A stretch of 64,000 nucleotides of DNA from SAR202 cluster bacterium (GCA_009392285.1 VFGU01000012.1:164045-228044); one strand, 5' to 3'. Positions 46,952 through 56,567 are shown, counted from the stretch's first letter. Numbers and translations are program-made. Notes: generated from the letters alone by a model not told the origin.

Positions 46952-48598
46952 TTATTTTTCTTTCTCAATTTTTTTAAATAATGGTTGTATATTTTCAATC
47001 TTAATTCCTGGTTTAATTTCTCTATATTTCCAATCAGGAATATTATCTTTGAAATTAAACATGTTTGAAATTTTCAATGAAGTTTTTGGTAGATATGGCG
47101 CAAATAACACACCCAAATTTGAAATTATATTTGCACCAACCCATAAAGTATTTGATGTAATTTGTTTATTAGTTTTAATAGTAGCCCAGGGCTCTTTTTG
47201 ATCAATATACCTATTCCCAAGTTTAGCGAGATTCATAATTTCTTTTAAGCCATTTCTAAATTGTCGATTTTCTATAAAACTACTTGTAGATTCAAAAGAA
47301 TTTTTTATATCTGAAATCATCTTATTATCAATATCATCGAGATTTTCAATTTCAGGGACAATGTTATTAAAATTATTTTTTATAAGAGATTGTATTCTGT
47401 TCACTAGATTTCCAAATGTTGCAACTAATTCATTATTATTCGAGTCAAAAAATGATTCCCATGTAAAATCTGAATCCGAACTTTCAGGCATAATTGAACT
47501 TAGATAATATCTTAATGCTTCTGAGTCATATTCTTTTAAGAAGTCAGATACCCACACAGCCCAATTTTTTGATTTGGAGAATTGTTTGCCTGAAAAATTT
47601 AAATACTCATTAGCTACTACATCATAAGGTAAATTATAATTTCCAGAACCCATCAATATGGCAGGGAGTATTATTGTGTGAAATGGAATATTATCTTTAC
47701 CTTGAAAATAGAAGTGCTTTGAATCAGGATTGAGCCACCATTCTTTCCATATATCTTTTTTTTGAGACGTATTTGCTTTGCTTTGAGACCACTCAATTGA
47801 TGCTGATAAATATCCAATTACTGCTTCAAACCATACATAAATTCTCTTATCTTCATAACCTTCAATTGGGACTTTTACTCCCCAATTTATATCACGTGTT
47901 ATTGCCCTATCAATTAAACCATTTGATAAAAAGCCTAAACTTTGATTCTTAACCGCTGGCCTCCAATATGTTTTAGATTTTATCCATTTATCAAGTTCTT
48001 CTTGGAATCTTGGAAGTTTTAGATATATGTGCTTTGTGCTTTTGAATGTAACTTCGCTATTATCAATTGTTGATATCAAATTTTTTAAGTCAATTGGCTC
48101 AAAATCTTTTCCACAACCATCGCATTGATCTCCTTTGGTTCTTGAGTCGCAATGTGGGCAATCTCCTTCTATATACCTATCTGATAAAAACATTTTAGAT
48201 TTTTCTGAATAAGGTTGTTCAGAATATTTTTCCTCAAGAAACCCATTTTCATTTAAAGAATTAAACAAATTTTGAACAATTTCTTTATGATTATCAGTCC
48301 CAGTTTTTGTATAAAGATCAAAAGAGAAATCTAATTCTTTAAAAGTTTCACTCCAAATTTTATGGTATTTTTCTGAGATTTTTTGGGGTGTAGTATTTTC
48401 TTCTTTTGCCCTTAATGTTACTGGAGTTCCATGCTGATCACTTCCAGAAACCATCAATACATTATTTCCAACCATTCTATGAAATCTTGCAAATATATCA
48501 GCTGGCAAGTTGTTGCCGGCAATGTGTCCTAAATGAGGTTCGCCATTTACATAAGGCCATGCAACACATACGAGAATATTTTCCTCCCCATTTTTCAA
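46952..48598 (-). CDS. metG: Methionine--tRNA ligase (short form, no C-terminal tRNA-binding domain)
   Basis: PHLGHIAG (HIGH), Zn knuckle CPHC..CDGC, and FSKSKN (KMSKS). Confidence 0.93.
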   Translation of the reverse strand: MKNGEENILVCVAWPYVNGEPHLGHIAGNNLPADIFARFHRMVGNNVLMVSGSDQHGTPVTLRAKEENTTPQKISEKYHKIWSETFKELDFSFDLYTKTGTDNHKEIVQNLFNSLNENGFLEEKYSEQPYSEKSKMFLSDRYIEGDCPHCDSRTKGDQCDGCGKDFEPIDLKNLISTIDNSEVTFKSTKHIYLKLPRFQEELDKWIKSKTYWRPAVKNQSLGFLSNGLIDRAITRDINWGVKVPIEGYEDKRIYVWFEAVIGYLSASIEWSQSKANTSQKKDIWKEWWLNPDSKHFYFQGKDNIPFHTIILPAILMGSGNYNLPYDVVANEYLNFSGKQFSKSKNWAVWVSDFLKEYDSEALRYYLSSIMPESSDSDFTWESFFDSNNNELVATFGNLVNRIQSLIKNNFNNIVPEIENLDDIDNKMISDIKNSFESTSSFIENRQFRNGLKEIMNLAKLGNRYIDQKEPWATIKTNKQITSNTLWVGANIISNLGVLFAPYLPKTSLKISNMFNFKDNIPDWKYREIKPGIKIENIQPLFKKIEKEK

Positions 48599-48607
48599 AA
48601 TAATTTC

Positions 48608-49441
48608 CTAACCTTTTTTTGCAAATCTTTTTATGTAGATATTGTATATTTTTTTTTGATTTAAACCTAAATAATTTGATACTTCCTTAACTGAATCTCT
48701 TCCGCTTAACCCCAAATCTGTGAACTCTTTTAGTTTCAATATAATTTCATCTTCAGAAGTTGAAATATTATTAATAGCATTAACGTTTCTTTCAACAATT
48801 ATTACAAACTCGCCTCTAACCTCTTTATTTAATGGCAATTCATTGTTTGGTTCCCATAAAATTATCTCTTCATGTAATTTTGAGATTTCTCTGCAGATTA
48901 TAATGTTTGAATCTTTAAATTCAGATCTTAAAAGGTTTAAGAATTTTATTACTCTTAGGGGAGATTCGTAGAAAATAATATCTTTTTTCATATTCTTAAG
49001 TTCATTAAGTAATAATTTTATTTCTTGATTTTTTCTTGGAGGAAAACCATTAAATATGAAATCATTTTTTCTCAATCCTGATGCAGAATATGCTGCAATT
49101 AGGGATGATGCTCCTGGTAAAGGAATTACTTTCTTTTTATTTTTTAATAAAGACCTAATTAATTTAGATCCAGGATCCGATATGGTAGGAGTTCCTGCGT
49201 CTGAAACAAGAGCAAAAGATTTATTATCAATTTCAGTGATAATGCTATCAATTTTTTTTTCTTCATTGTGCTCATTAAGACTAATAAGCTTATTTTTTAT
49301 ATCTAAATGGTTTAGCAGTTGAAGAGTTCTTCTTGTATCTTCACATAAAATTATATCCACTTTTGAAAGAATATTTTTAGCTCTTATTGTGATATCTTCT
49401 AAGTTACCAATGGGGGTTGGCACTATATATAATTCTCCCAT
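48608..49441 (-). CDS. rsmI: 16S rRNA (cytidine1402-2'-O)-methyltransferase
   Basis: LYIVPTPIGNLEDIT and SDAGTPTISDPG. Confidence 0.9.
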   Translation of the reverse strand: MGELYIVPTPIGNLEDITIRAKNILSKVDIILCEDTRRTLQLLNHLDIKNKLISLNEHNEEKKIDSIITEIDNKSFALVSDAGTPTISDPGSKLIRSLLKNKKKVIPLPGASSLIAAYSASGLRKNDFIFNGFPPRKNQEIKLLLNELKNMKKDIIFYESPLRVIKFLNLLRSEFKDSNIIICREISKLHEEIILWEPNNELPLNKEVRGEFVIIVERNVNAINNISTSEDEIILKLKEFTDLGLSGRDSVKEVSNYLGLNQKKIYNIYIKRFAKKG

Positions 49442-50310
49442 TATCCTTTGGCTGCTTTATGTTGTTGGTCAGCATGATATGAACTCCTAACCAATGGACC
49501 TGCTGCAACATGCTTAAAACCTAATTCAAGACCTATATTTTCGAATTTCGTGAATTCTTTTGGATGATAAAATTTATCAACTTTATGATGCTTCTTAGTT
49601 GGTCTTAAATACTGACCAATAGTTAATAGGTCACAATTGACCGACCTAAGATCTTTCATGGTTTCTATAATTTCGCCTTCAGTTTCCCCTAAACCAACCA
49701 TCATTCCTGATTTAGTTGGTATATTAGGGTTTATTTTTTTTACTCTATCAATAAGTTCAAGTGATTGGTCGTAATCTCCTTTTGGTCTAACAATCCGAAA
49801 CATCCTTCTACATGTTTCTATATTGTGATTTAGGACATCTGGTTTAGCATGAAGAACAGTTGTTAGTGAACTGAGATTTCCATTAAAATCTGGTATTAGC
49901 ACCTCGACTTTGCAATCAGGATTAAATTTTTTTATCTGATTTATAGTCATTGCAAATGCCCCTGCTCCTCCGTCTACAAGATCATCTCTATCTACCGAGG
50001 TCACAACCGAATAGGAAAGACTCATTTGTCTTACAGTATTCGCAACTCTAGTTGGTTCAAAAAGATCTAATTGAGTGGGTCTTCCTGACTTAACGTTGCA
50101 ATACCTGCAAGCCCTAGTGCATACATCTCCTAAGATCATGAAAGTAGCCGTTCCTCTATCCCAGCACTCTCCTATATTTGGACAAGCCGCCTCTTCACAG
50201 ACCGTGTTTAATTTTGCGCCTTTAATTTTATCTTTCAAGGAATTGAAATTATTGCTAGTAGGCGCTTGAACCTTAAACCAATCGGGTAACTTTCTTTTTG
50301 TTTGAACCAT
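49441..50310 (-). CDS. lipA: Lipoyl synthase
   Basis: CEEAACPNIGEC auxiliary cluster and radical-SAM CTRACRYC. Confidence 0.95.
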   Translation of the reverse strand: MVQTKRKLPDWFKVQAPTSNNFNSLKDKIKGAKLNTVCEEAACPNIGECWDRGTATFMILGDVCTRACRYCNVKSGRPTQLDLFEPTRVANTVRQMSLSYSVVTSVDRDDLVDGGAGAFAMTINQIKKFNPDCKVEVLIPDFNGNLSSLTTVLHAKPDVLNHNIETCRRMFRIVRPKGDYDQSLELIDRVKKINPNIPTKSGMMVGLGETEGEIIETMKDLRSVNCDLLTIGQYLRPTKKHHKVDKFYHPKEFTKFENIGLELGFKHVAAGPLVRSSYHADQQHKAAKG

Positions 50311-50333
50311 AAATTATCTTCTTATTTATATTA

Positions 50334-50357
50334 AATGATATTTTATCATTAATCATT
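50334..50357. promoter_or_regulatory. Palindrome AATGATA-TTT-TATCATT plus an extra ATCATT half-site in the lipA / methyltransferase divergent region
   Basis: 7-bp perfect inverted arms at 50334-50340 and 50344-50350. AATCATT repeats at 50351-50357. The hexamers resemble Fur-box units, but the spacing is not canonical. Confidence 0.3.
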
Positions 50358-50370
50358 GTAATATTTTAAT

Positions 50371-51576
50371 ATGCTGTCGATTGAAGAAAATTTAATAATA
50401 AAAAACATTTTATTGGATGATTATGAAGATGACGGATCTTGTAAAGCTACCTTTCTAGGAGAAAATTTAAAAGTTTTTGGAGGTATCCCTAAGGAAATTG
50501 TAGATATTAAGGTAATGAGTAGATTTGATGATAATTTAATATGTACTGTTGAAAATGTTTTGAAACCAAGTATTGATAGAGTTTTGCCAAAATGCCAATA
50601 TTATTTAAGTTGCACTGGTTGTCAATTTCAACACATTGATTATAAAAAACAACTTTTAATCAAGAGAAAATTTGTCATTGAAAAGTTATCCGATATTAAA
50701 GGTTTTTCAGAAGATAAATTAGATTTTACTGTTCCGAGTAAAAATAAATATGAATATAGGAATCATGCTAGATTTTCGGTTTCTAAGACTAATAAATTCA
50801 AAGGTAATATTGGATTTGTTAATAGATGGTCCAGAAAATTGGTTAATATTTCTAAATGTGAAATTATGAATTCAAAAATTAATTCAATATTACCTAAATT
50901 AGAAGGCAAATTATCCGGTTATTCTCAATTTTCAGTACGAGTTGGAATAAATACCGATAGTTATCTTATTCAGCCAAAGATTGATGAAGCAAATGGTATT
51001 GATACAGGTCAGCAATATTATAAAGAAGAAGTCAATGGTTTCAGCCACAAAATTTCATCCCCTTCTTTTTTTCAGGTGAACACACCTCAAGCTGAAAATT
51101 TAGCAAGAATTGTAAAAAATTTATTAGATTTACAAGGTAATGAGGTTGCTATAGATGCTTTTTCTGGAGTTGGAACTTTCGCAGTACTTTTATCAAAATA
51201 TGTAAAAAAAATATACGGAATTGAGTCATCTCAATCATCAATAAATGATGCAATTTATAATTCAAAATCAATTGAAAACATAGAATTTATTCATTCAGAA
51301 GTAGAAAATATATCACCTGATTTTTTTAAGGAAAATATTGATTTTGTTATTTTAGATCCTTCAAGAAAAGGAGTTCATAAGGTAGCATTGGATTGGATTG
51401 AAAAATTATTACCAGATCGTATAGTATATGTTTCTTGTGAACTCAAAACTTTGAAAAGGGATCTAGATAGATTGACTAATAATTATTCCATTCGTAAAGT
51501 CATTCCTGTAGATATGTTTCCTCATACAAAGCATGTTGAGTGTATAGTATCTCTATATAGGACAAATAAATTATGA
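50371..51576 (+). CDS. RumA/RlmD-type RNA (uracil-5-)-methyltransferase with TRAM domain and Fe-S cysteines
   Basis: Cys cluster C..YYLSCTGCQFQH, SAM motif DAFSGVGTF, and ILDPSRKG. Confidence 0.85.
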   Translation: MLSIEENLIIKNILLDDYEDDGSCKATFLGENLKVFGGIPKEIVDIKVMSRFDDNLICTVENVLKPSIDRVLPKCQYYLSCTGCQFQHIDYKKQLLIKRKFVIEKLSDIKGFSEDKLDFTVPSKNKYEYRNHARFSVSKTNKFKGNIGFVNRWSRKLVNISKCEIMNSKINSILPKLEGKLSGYSQFSVRVGINTDSYLIQPKIDEANGIDTGQQYYKEEVNGFSHKISSPSFFQVNTPQAENLARIVKNLLDLQGNEVAIDAFSGVGTFAVLLSKYVKKIYGIESSQSSINDAIYNSKSIENIEFIHSEVENISPDFFKENIDFVILDPSRKGVHKVALDWIEKLLPDRIVYVSCELKTLKRDLDRLTNNYSIRKVIPVDMFPHTKHVECIVSLYRTNKL

Positions 51577-51773
51577 ACATTTTAGGAATAGGTCCATTTG
51601 AATTATTAATAATTTTTCTTGTTGCTTTTTTGTTTCTAGGTCCTGATAAATTATCAAAATTCTCTAAAGATTTTGCCAAATATGTAAGAGGCTTTAATAA
51701 ACAGAAAGATGAATTGAATGATTTAATTAATTCAGAAATAGATATAAATGATAAAAAAGATATCAAAAAATAA
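51573..51773 (+). CDS. TatA/TatB-family twin-arginine translocase subunit (LGP motif, TatB-like)
   Basis: MNILGIGPFELLIIFLVAFLFLGPDKL. ATGA overlap with the upstream gene. Confidence 0.8.
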   Translation: MNILGIGPFELLIIFLVAFLFLGPDKLSKFSKDFAKYVRGFNKQKDELNDLINSEIDINDKKDIKK

Positions 51774-52497
51774 GGCTACTTCTAAAGATCCTAATTCTTT
51801 CACGGGGCACTTTTCTGAATTAAGAAAAAGAATAATTTTTATTCTAATAATTTATTTGATTTCAACGATTATAGGATTTGCATTACATAGAGAAATACTG
51901 CAAGTAATTGTTAAGCCAGTTGAGCAGATTAATGAATTAACCCAAGGTTTACCAATATTTACTAATATAACTGAATTTTGGGGAGTAGTGATGAAAGTTT
52001 CGCTACTCTCAGGTTTGTTAATCTCATTTCCATTTATTAGTTTTCAAGTACTTGCTTTCGTTATTCCAGGACTTAGATCAAAGGAAAAAAAATTTGCATT
52101 AATTGTTCTCCCTGGCTCAATAATTTCATTCTATTTAGGCTCAGCATTTGGTTTTTTTGTACTTGTACCCCCCGCAATAAAATTTCTTGTATTTTTTGGT
52201 GGAGATATCTCAACGCCCCTTATTAGGATAGGTTCTTTGGTGCAGTTGACTACGAATTTAATGATATGGATGGGTATTTCATTTCAATTGCCTATTATTA
52301 TGTATTTGTTAACTGTTCTGCGAGTTATCGATCATAATAGATTTAAGGTATTTAGAAAGTGGTTTATTGTTATCGCTTTTATATTGGGCGCAATAATTAC
52401 TCCTACTTTTGATCCTGTTAACCAACTTATAGTAGCAATACCCATAATCGTTCTTTATGAGGTAGGATTCTTATTATCTTGGATTTCTAAAAAGTAG
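51748..52497 (+). CDS. tatC: Twin-arginine translocase subunit TatC
   Basis: HFSELRKR opening and six TM helices; 249 aa. Confidence 0.9.
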   Translation: MIKKISKNKATSKDPNSFTGHFSELRKRIIFILIIYLISTIIGFALHREILQVIVKPVEQINELTQGLPIFTNITEFWGVVMKVSLLSGLLISFPFISFQVLAFVIPGLRSKEKKFALIVLPGSIISFYLGSAFGFFVLVPPAIKFLVFFGGDISTPLIRIGSLVQLTTNLMIWMGISFQLPIIMYLLTVLRVIDHNRFKVFRKWFIVIAFILGAIITPTFDPVNQLIVAIPIIVLYEVGFLLSWISKK

Positions 52498-52698
52498 TTA
52501 TTTTTTACTTTTGGTAGTTTTTGAGGTCAAATCCTTGTCTATTTTTTCTTCTTTGCCCGCAAGAGAATCCTTAAATAACCTTATTCCTCTTCCTAATCCT
52601 TGCCCTACTTCAGGTAGTTTACCTACACCAAACACAACCATTATTATTACAAATATTAAAAATATCTCTAATGGACCTATTCCTCTTAAAAAATTCAT
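52498..52698 (-). CDS. tatA: Twin-arginine translocase subunit TatA
   Basis: GPLEIFLIFVIIMVVFGVGKLPEVGQGLGRGIRLFK. Its stop abuts the tatC stop with 0 nt between them. Confidence 0.85.
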   Translation of the reverse strand: MNFLRGIGPLEIFLIFVIIMVVFGVGKLPEVGQGLGRGIRLFKDSLAGKEEKIDKDLTSKTTKSKK

Positions 52699-52707
52699 AT
52701 TAATATC

Positions 52708-53367
52708 CTAATTTAGATAATTTCTTATTAATCCTACGACTTTTCCTTCAATAATAACATTATTATTCTTTGTAATTATTGAAGAATATTTTTTATTTGA
52801 AGGTCTGAGTTCAACTTTATTGCCATTTTTATATATTCTTTTTAATGTGGCCGTGTCTTCTTCCACTCTTGCTACCACTATATCTCCTTGTCTGGGTCTA
52901 TAAGAATTATTATTGGAGCAATCTATAATAATTATATCTCCGTCTTCTATGGAATCTTCGATCATTGAGTCTCCCATTATTCTTAATGCTACTAATTTAT
53001 TATTGTTATCAAACATAGATTTAGACAAACTAACCCTATCTTCCCCAAAGGAAGAGTTGTAGGCAATTTCTTCAGTATTGAGAAGATCGAGAGGTATTCC
53101 CGCAGATATTGTACTAACTATCGGAACCGAAAAAGATTCGGATTCCTCATTAGATCTTATTATGCTCCTAGCAATCCCTTTTTTTCTGTCTAGCAATCCC
53201 TTTTTTTCTAAAATATCTAGATTATAAGAAACAACTGACTTGGAACTTATGTTGCAACCAATTTTTACATCCTCAATAGTTGGAGATATTCCATTTTCAT
53301 CAAGGTATTCACATATAAATTCATATATGAGAATTTGCTTATGAGATAATTCCGAGTACTTTTCCAT
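52708..53367 (-). CDS. lexA: LexA repressor
   Basis: Winged-helix N-terminus, an Ala-Gly site in STISAGIP, and the S24 dyad GDSM and TLKR. Confidence 0.88.
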   Translation of the reverse strand: MEKYSELSHKQILIYEFICEYLDENGISPTIEDVKIGCNISSKSVVSYNLDILEKKGLLDRKKGIARSIIRSNEESESFSVPIVSTISAGIPLDLLNTEEIAYNSSFGEDRVSLSKSMFDNNNKLVALRIMGDSMIEDSIEDGDIIIIDCSNNNSYRPRQGDIVVARVEEDTATLKRIYKNGNKVELRPSNKKYSSIITKNNNVIIEGKVVGLIRNYLN

Positions 53368-53375
53368 GTTTGAAA

Positions 53376-53404
53376 AGAGTAAACAACCTGAACTTTAGTG
53401 TCAA
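53376..53404 (-). promoter_or_regulatory. Candidate lexA promoter (TTGACA-N17-TACTCT) with a degenerate GAAC-N4-GTGT box in the spacer
   Basis: Minus strand reads TTGACA (53404-53399), a 17-nt spacer, TACTCT (53381-53376), then 8 nt to the ATG. GAACTTTAGTGT is at 53390-53401 on the plus strand. Confidence 0.35.
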
Positions 53405-53428
53405 CCATATTTTGACGTTTTCAATAGA

Positions 53429-53689
53429 TTATCTTTTAGTGCCTGAGGATAATTTTTTTATCAACCTAGATTTTCTTCTAGCAGCATTATTTTTATGCAA
53501 TACACCTTTTTGTGAAGCTTTATCAAGTGAAGAAATTGCCTCTTTTATTTTATTTTTTGTAGATTCACTATTTGGATCTTCTTCTATTGATTCTTTAGCA
53601 GATCTAACAAGAGTTTTGGCAGCAGAGGCTATAGGTCTATTATAAGCCGCATTTTTTTTAGATGTTCTTAAACTTTTTTTACTAGGCAT
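53429..53689 (-). CDS. rpsT: 30S ribosomal protein S20
   Basis: MPSKKSLRTSKKNAAYN...; basic, 86 aa. Confidence 0.92.
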   Translation of the reverse strand: MPSKKSLRTSKKNAAYNRPIASAAKTLVRSAKESIEEDPNSESTKNKIKEAISSLDKASQKGVLHKNNAARRKSRLIKKLSSGTKR

Positions 53690-55616
53690 TGTTTCTATTT
53701 ATTGTTTCTATATTATCTACACCATCTATTGTTTCTATGATGGAGTAAATTTTATTCTGTTGTTCCAAACCGTTAGAGTCTACTGTAATTATAATACTTT
53801 TTCCAGTATCTATTTCATTTGTAGATATTCCAGTTATGTTTAAACCTTCATTAGAAATTATGTTTGTTACATCTCTAATTAAACCAACTCTATCCGCAAC
53901 ATCTATCTTGATTGTAATATTTTCAATTTGTTGATTTAAAAAGCCAGATAACTTTTTTACAAGAGTAGGAGTATTGATAACACCTGACCCAACTAGCAAG
54001 GCCAGTTCATCTAATGATTCATAAGATAATTCATTAGATAATTCTTCTAATGGAGTATTTATCTTCAATCTATTCACTAGTCTACTTATTACATCTATCC
54101 CTCTTTCAATGTTCAAAGTTTTTTCTTCTTTTCTGAACCATTGCCTAATCTTGAATCTAGATTTATTTGTACTTACATAGCCTAAGTCAGGATTTAGCCA
54201 GTCAAGTTTTGGTCCTTGGTTTTTAGATTTAATTATTTCGATCGTATCTCCATTTGATATAACCGAATTTAGAGGCATATTCTGTCCATTTATTAAAGCA
54301 GAAGAAGCATTATTTCCTAGTTCTGTATGGACTTCATATGCAAAATCTATAGGAGTAGATCCTTCTGGAATTGATTTTATATCTCCTGCTGGAGTATAGC
54401 AGTATATTCTCTCCTTAAGTATATCTGTCTTGATTGAATCAATATAGTTTTCATCTTCGGGTAACTCAATTTGCCAGTCGATTAAATTCCTAAACCAATT
54501 CAATTTATTCATATATGCTCCATCTAAATTTTCTGGGATGTCTTTATATTGCCAGTGAGCTGCGATTCCTCTTTCTGCAATTTCATGCATTTCTTTAGTT
54601 CTGATTTGTATTTCCACAGGGTAACTATCAAGGCACATCACAGTTGAATGTATAGATTGGTACATGCTTTCTTTAGGGTTTGCTATGTAATCATCAAATT
54701 CACCAGGAATAGGTCTCCATAATTCATGCAAAACTCCTAAAGATGCATAACAATCTTGGACAGAATTAACTATTATTCTAACTGCAATAAGATCATGTAT
54801 TTCGTCAAATTTTTTACCTAAGATAGAATATTTCTCTATTTTTTTATATATGCTATATAAGTGTTTTGCTCTTCCCTCTACTAGACAATTAATGGATGAT
54901 TTCGCTAGCGCTTCTTCTAAAAGTTTAGTTGCCCTTTTTGCATAATTTTCCCGTTCTTTTCTTTTTCCAGAGATCAGGTTTGCTACTTTTTTATAAGAAT
55001 TGGGGAGTAGGTACTTAAAGGCTTCATCTTCTAATTTCCACTTAAATTCCCATATTCCGAGTCTATGAGCCAAAGGGGCAAAAATTTCCATTGTTTCTAG
55101 GGCTATTCTGGACTGCGATTTTTCATCCAATGCAAATAGAGTTTGCATATTATGCAATCTATCAGCTAATTTTATTAATATTACCCTTGCATCTTCAGTA
55201 GTGGAAAGCAGAAGTTTCCTGATAGTAGCTGCCCTCGAAATATCTGAAGTAGAATCTGGTATAAGATTTTCTTGGGTTGAGGAAGTTATTTTGATAGTTG
55301 GAAGTTTAGTAACTCCATCAACCAAAGCAGCAACCTCTTTTCCAAATTTATCCTCTAGTTCTTCATACTCTACTTGGCAGTCTTCTATAACATCATGCAA
55401 TAGAGCTGCTGAAATTGTAGGCCAATCCATTTTCATTTCCGCAAGATATATAGCTGTGTTAATTGGATGAATTATATATGGTTCGCCCGTTTTCCTTTTC
55501 TGATCTTTATGGCTTTCGATTGCAAATTCAAGAGATTGGCGAATTTTTTCAAGATCTTCGCTAGATAGATATTTTTCAACTTTACTTATTAAATTCGTTT
55601 TATCAGTTGTAACCAT
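53682..55616 (-). CDS. rel: Bifunctional (p)ppGpp synthetase/hydrolase Rel
   Basis: HD hydrolase motif LLHDVIEDC, a synthetase region, TGS (YCYTPAGDIKSIPEGSTPIDFAY) and a C-terminal ACT-like domain. Confidence 0.92.
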   Translation of the reverse strand: MVTTDKTNLISKVEKYLSSEDLEKIRQSLEFAIESHKDQKRKTGEPYIIHPINTAIYLAEMKMDWPTISAALLHDVIEDCQVEYEELEDKFGKEVAALVDGVTKLPTIKITSSTQENLIPDSTSDISRAATIRKLLLSTTEDARVILIKLADRLHNMQTLFALDEKSQSRIALETMEIFAPLAHRLGIWEFKWKLEDEAFKYLLPNSYKKVANLISGKRKERENYAKRATKLLEEALAKSSINCLVEGRAKHLYSIYKKIEKYSILGKKFDEIHDLIAVRIIVNSVQDCYASLGVLHELWRPIPGEFDDYIANPKESMYQSIHSTVMCLDSYPVEIQIRTKEMHEIAERGIAAHWQYKDIPENLDGAYMNKLNWFRNLIDWQIELPEDENYIDSIKTDILKERIYCYTPAGDIKSIPEGSTPIDFAYEVHTELGNNASSALINGQNMPLNSVISNGDTIEIIKSKNQGPKLDWLNPDLGYVSTNKSRFKIRQWFRKEEKTLNIERGIDVISRLVNRLKINTPLEELSNELSYESLDELALLVGSGVINTPTLVKKLSGFLNQQIENITIKIDVADRVGLIRDVTNIISNEGLNITGISTNEIDTGKSIIITVDSNGLEQQNKIYSIIETIDGVDNIETINRNNA

Positions 55617-55656
55617 AATTAGATTTTCAACTACTTTTTCAAGTATTACAAGATTA

Positions 55657-56499
55657 TTAATCTAATGATGGTTTTCCTGGAAATAACAATCCTGATGAGA
55701 ACTTACCTATTATGTCTAAAAATTGTTTTGGAAATATATAAGTCTTCCCAGTTTTATCTTCTATTATTCCTTTAGGTGACCCATCACTACATATTGCGTA
55801 AAGCCCAATATTCTCATTTTCTAATTCAAATTTTATTTGATATAAGAATGTACATTTTTCTTCATAATTTTGACTTAAAGGAATATTAATAGTTTCAATT
55901 AGATCATCTTTTTCATCTTCATTTAATATTTTTAATTCTTCATAAATTCCATCTGCAAGCCTATTAATTATGATTTTTTTTGAGTTATCTAAATTTAAAG
56001 ATTCAACCAAATTTTCTGTATTATCCCAACTTATAGTTGAGCAGTTTACATAATACGATCCATCTAAATTAGAATGAATTTCATAATTTTTATTATCAGC
56101 ATTAAATATAATTATCCATCCTGGTGTTAAAACTTGAGCGTATAATTCTCCTGGCTTCGGGCACTCTAAACTTGCATTGTTGAAAATATATTCTTTATAA
56201 GATTCTACTTGAATATCTGATGGAGGAATATTTAATTCAGTAGATAGTTCTGCAATAAATAAACCCCCGAAACTTGGAATCTGAGGTGTAGGAGTCGGAA
56301 TTGGAGTCGGAATTGGAGTCGGAGTTTTTATTATTTTAACTTCAGGAATTGGAGTCGGAGTCGCAAACATTGGGTTCATTGCACCTGTACCTTCTTTTTC
56401 ATTATCTACAAGTGTTTGAAAAAGAACCAAAGACACAATTGCAACAGAAGACAATACTACAATTACTGTTCCAATAATTTTAAATAGGGTTTTATCCAT
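55657..56499 (-). CDS. Hypothetical membrane-anchored extracytoplasmic protein with a Pro/Thr-rich linker
   Basis: N-terminal TM helix, then TPTPIPEVKIIKTPTPIPTPIPTPTPQIP, then a roughly 200-aa domain with four Cys. I recognise no family. Confidence 0.6.
   Translation of the reverse strand: MDKTLFKIIGTVIVVLSSVAIVSLVLFQTLVDNEKEGTGAMNPMFATPTPIPEVKIIKTPTPIPTPIPTPTPQIPSFGGLFIAELSTELNIPPSDIQVESYKEYIFNNASLECPKPGELYAQVLTPGWIIIFNADNKNYEIHSNLDGSYYVNCSTISWDNTENLVESLNLDNSKKIIINRLADGIYEELKILNEDEKDDLIETINIPLSQNYEEKCTFLYQIKFELENENIGLYAICSDGSPKGIIEDKTGKTYIFPKQFLDIIGKFSSGLLFPGKPSLD
56291..56362 (-). repeat. 12-bp tandem repeat (GGAGTCGGAATT x3, plus one more copy 24 bp away) encoding the (TPIP/TPTP) linker
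   Basis: Units at 56291-56302, 56303-56314 and 56315-56326 (one mismatch), with a related unit at 56351-56362. Confidence 0.85.
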
Positions 56500-56567
56500 A
56501 TTTTAATTATAATTCAAAATTGAAATCAGTTCTTTGAAAAATTCTTCAGATTAATAATTATTTTTCG

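Noticed and set aside
52511-53645. Plus-strand ORFs 52511-52711 and 53370-53645
   Set aside because: They are antisense to tatA and rpsT respectively, both of which have unmistakable family signatures.
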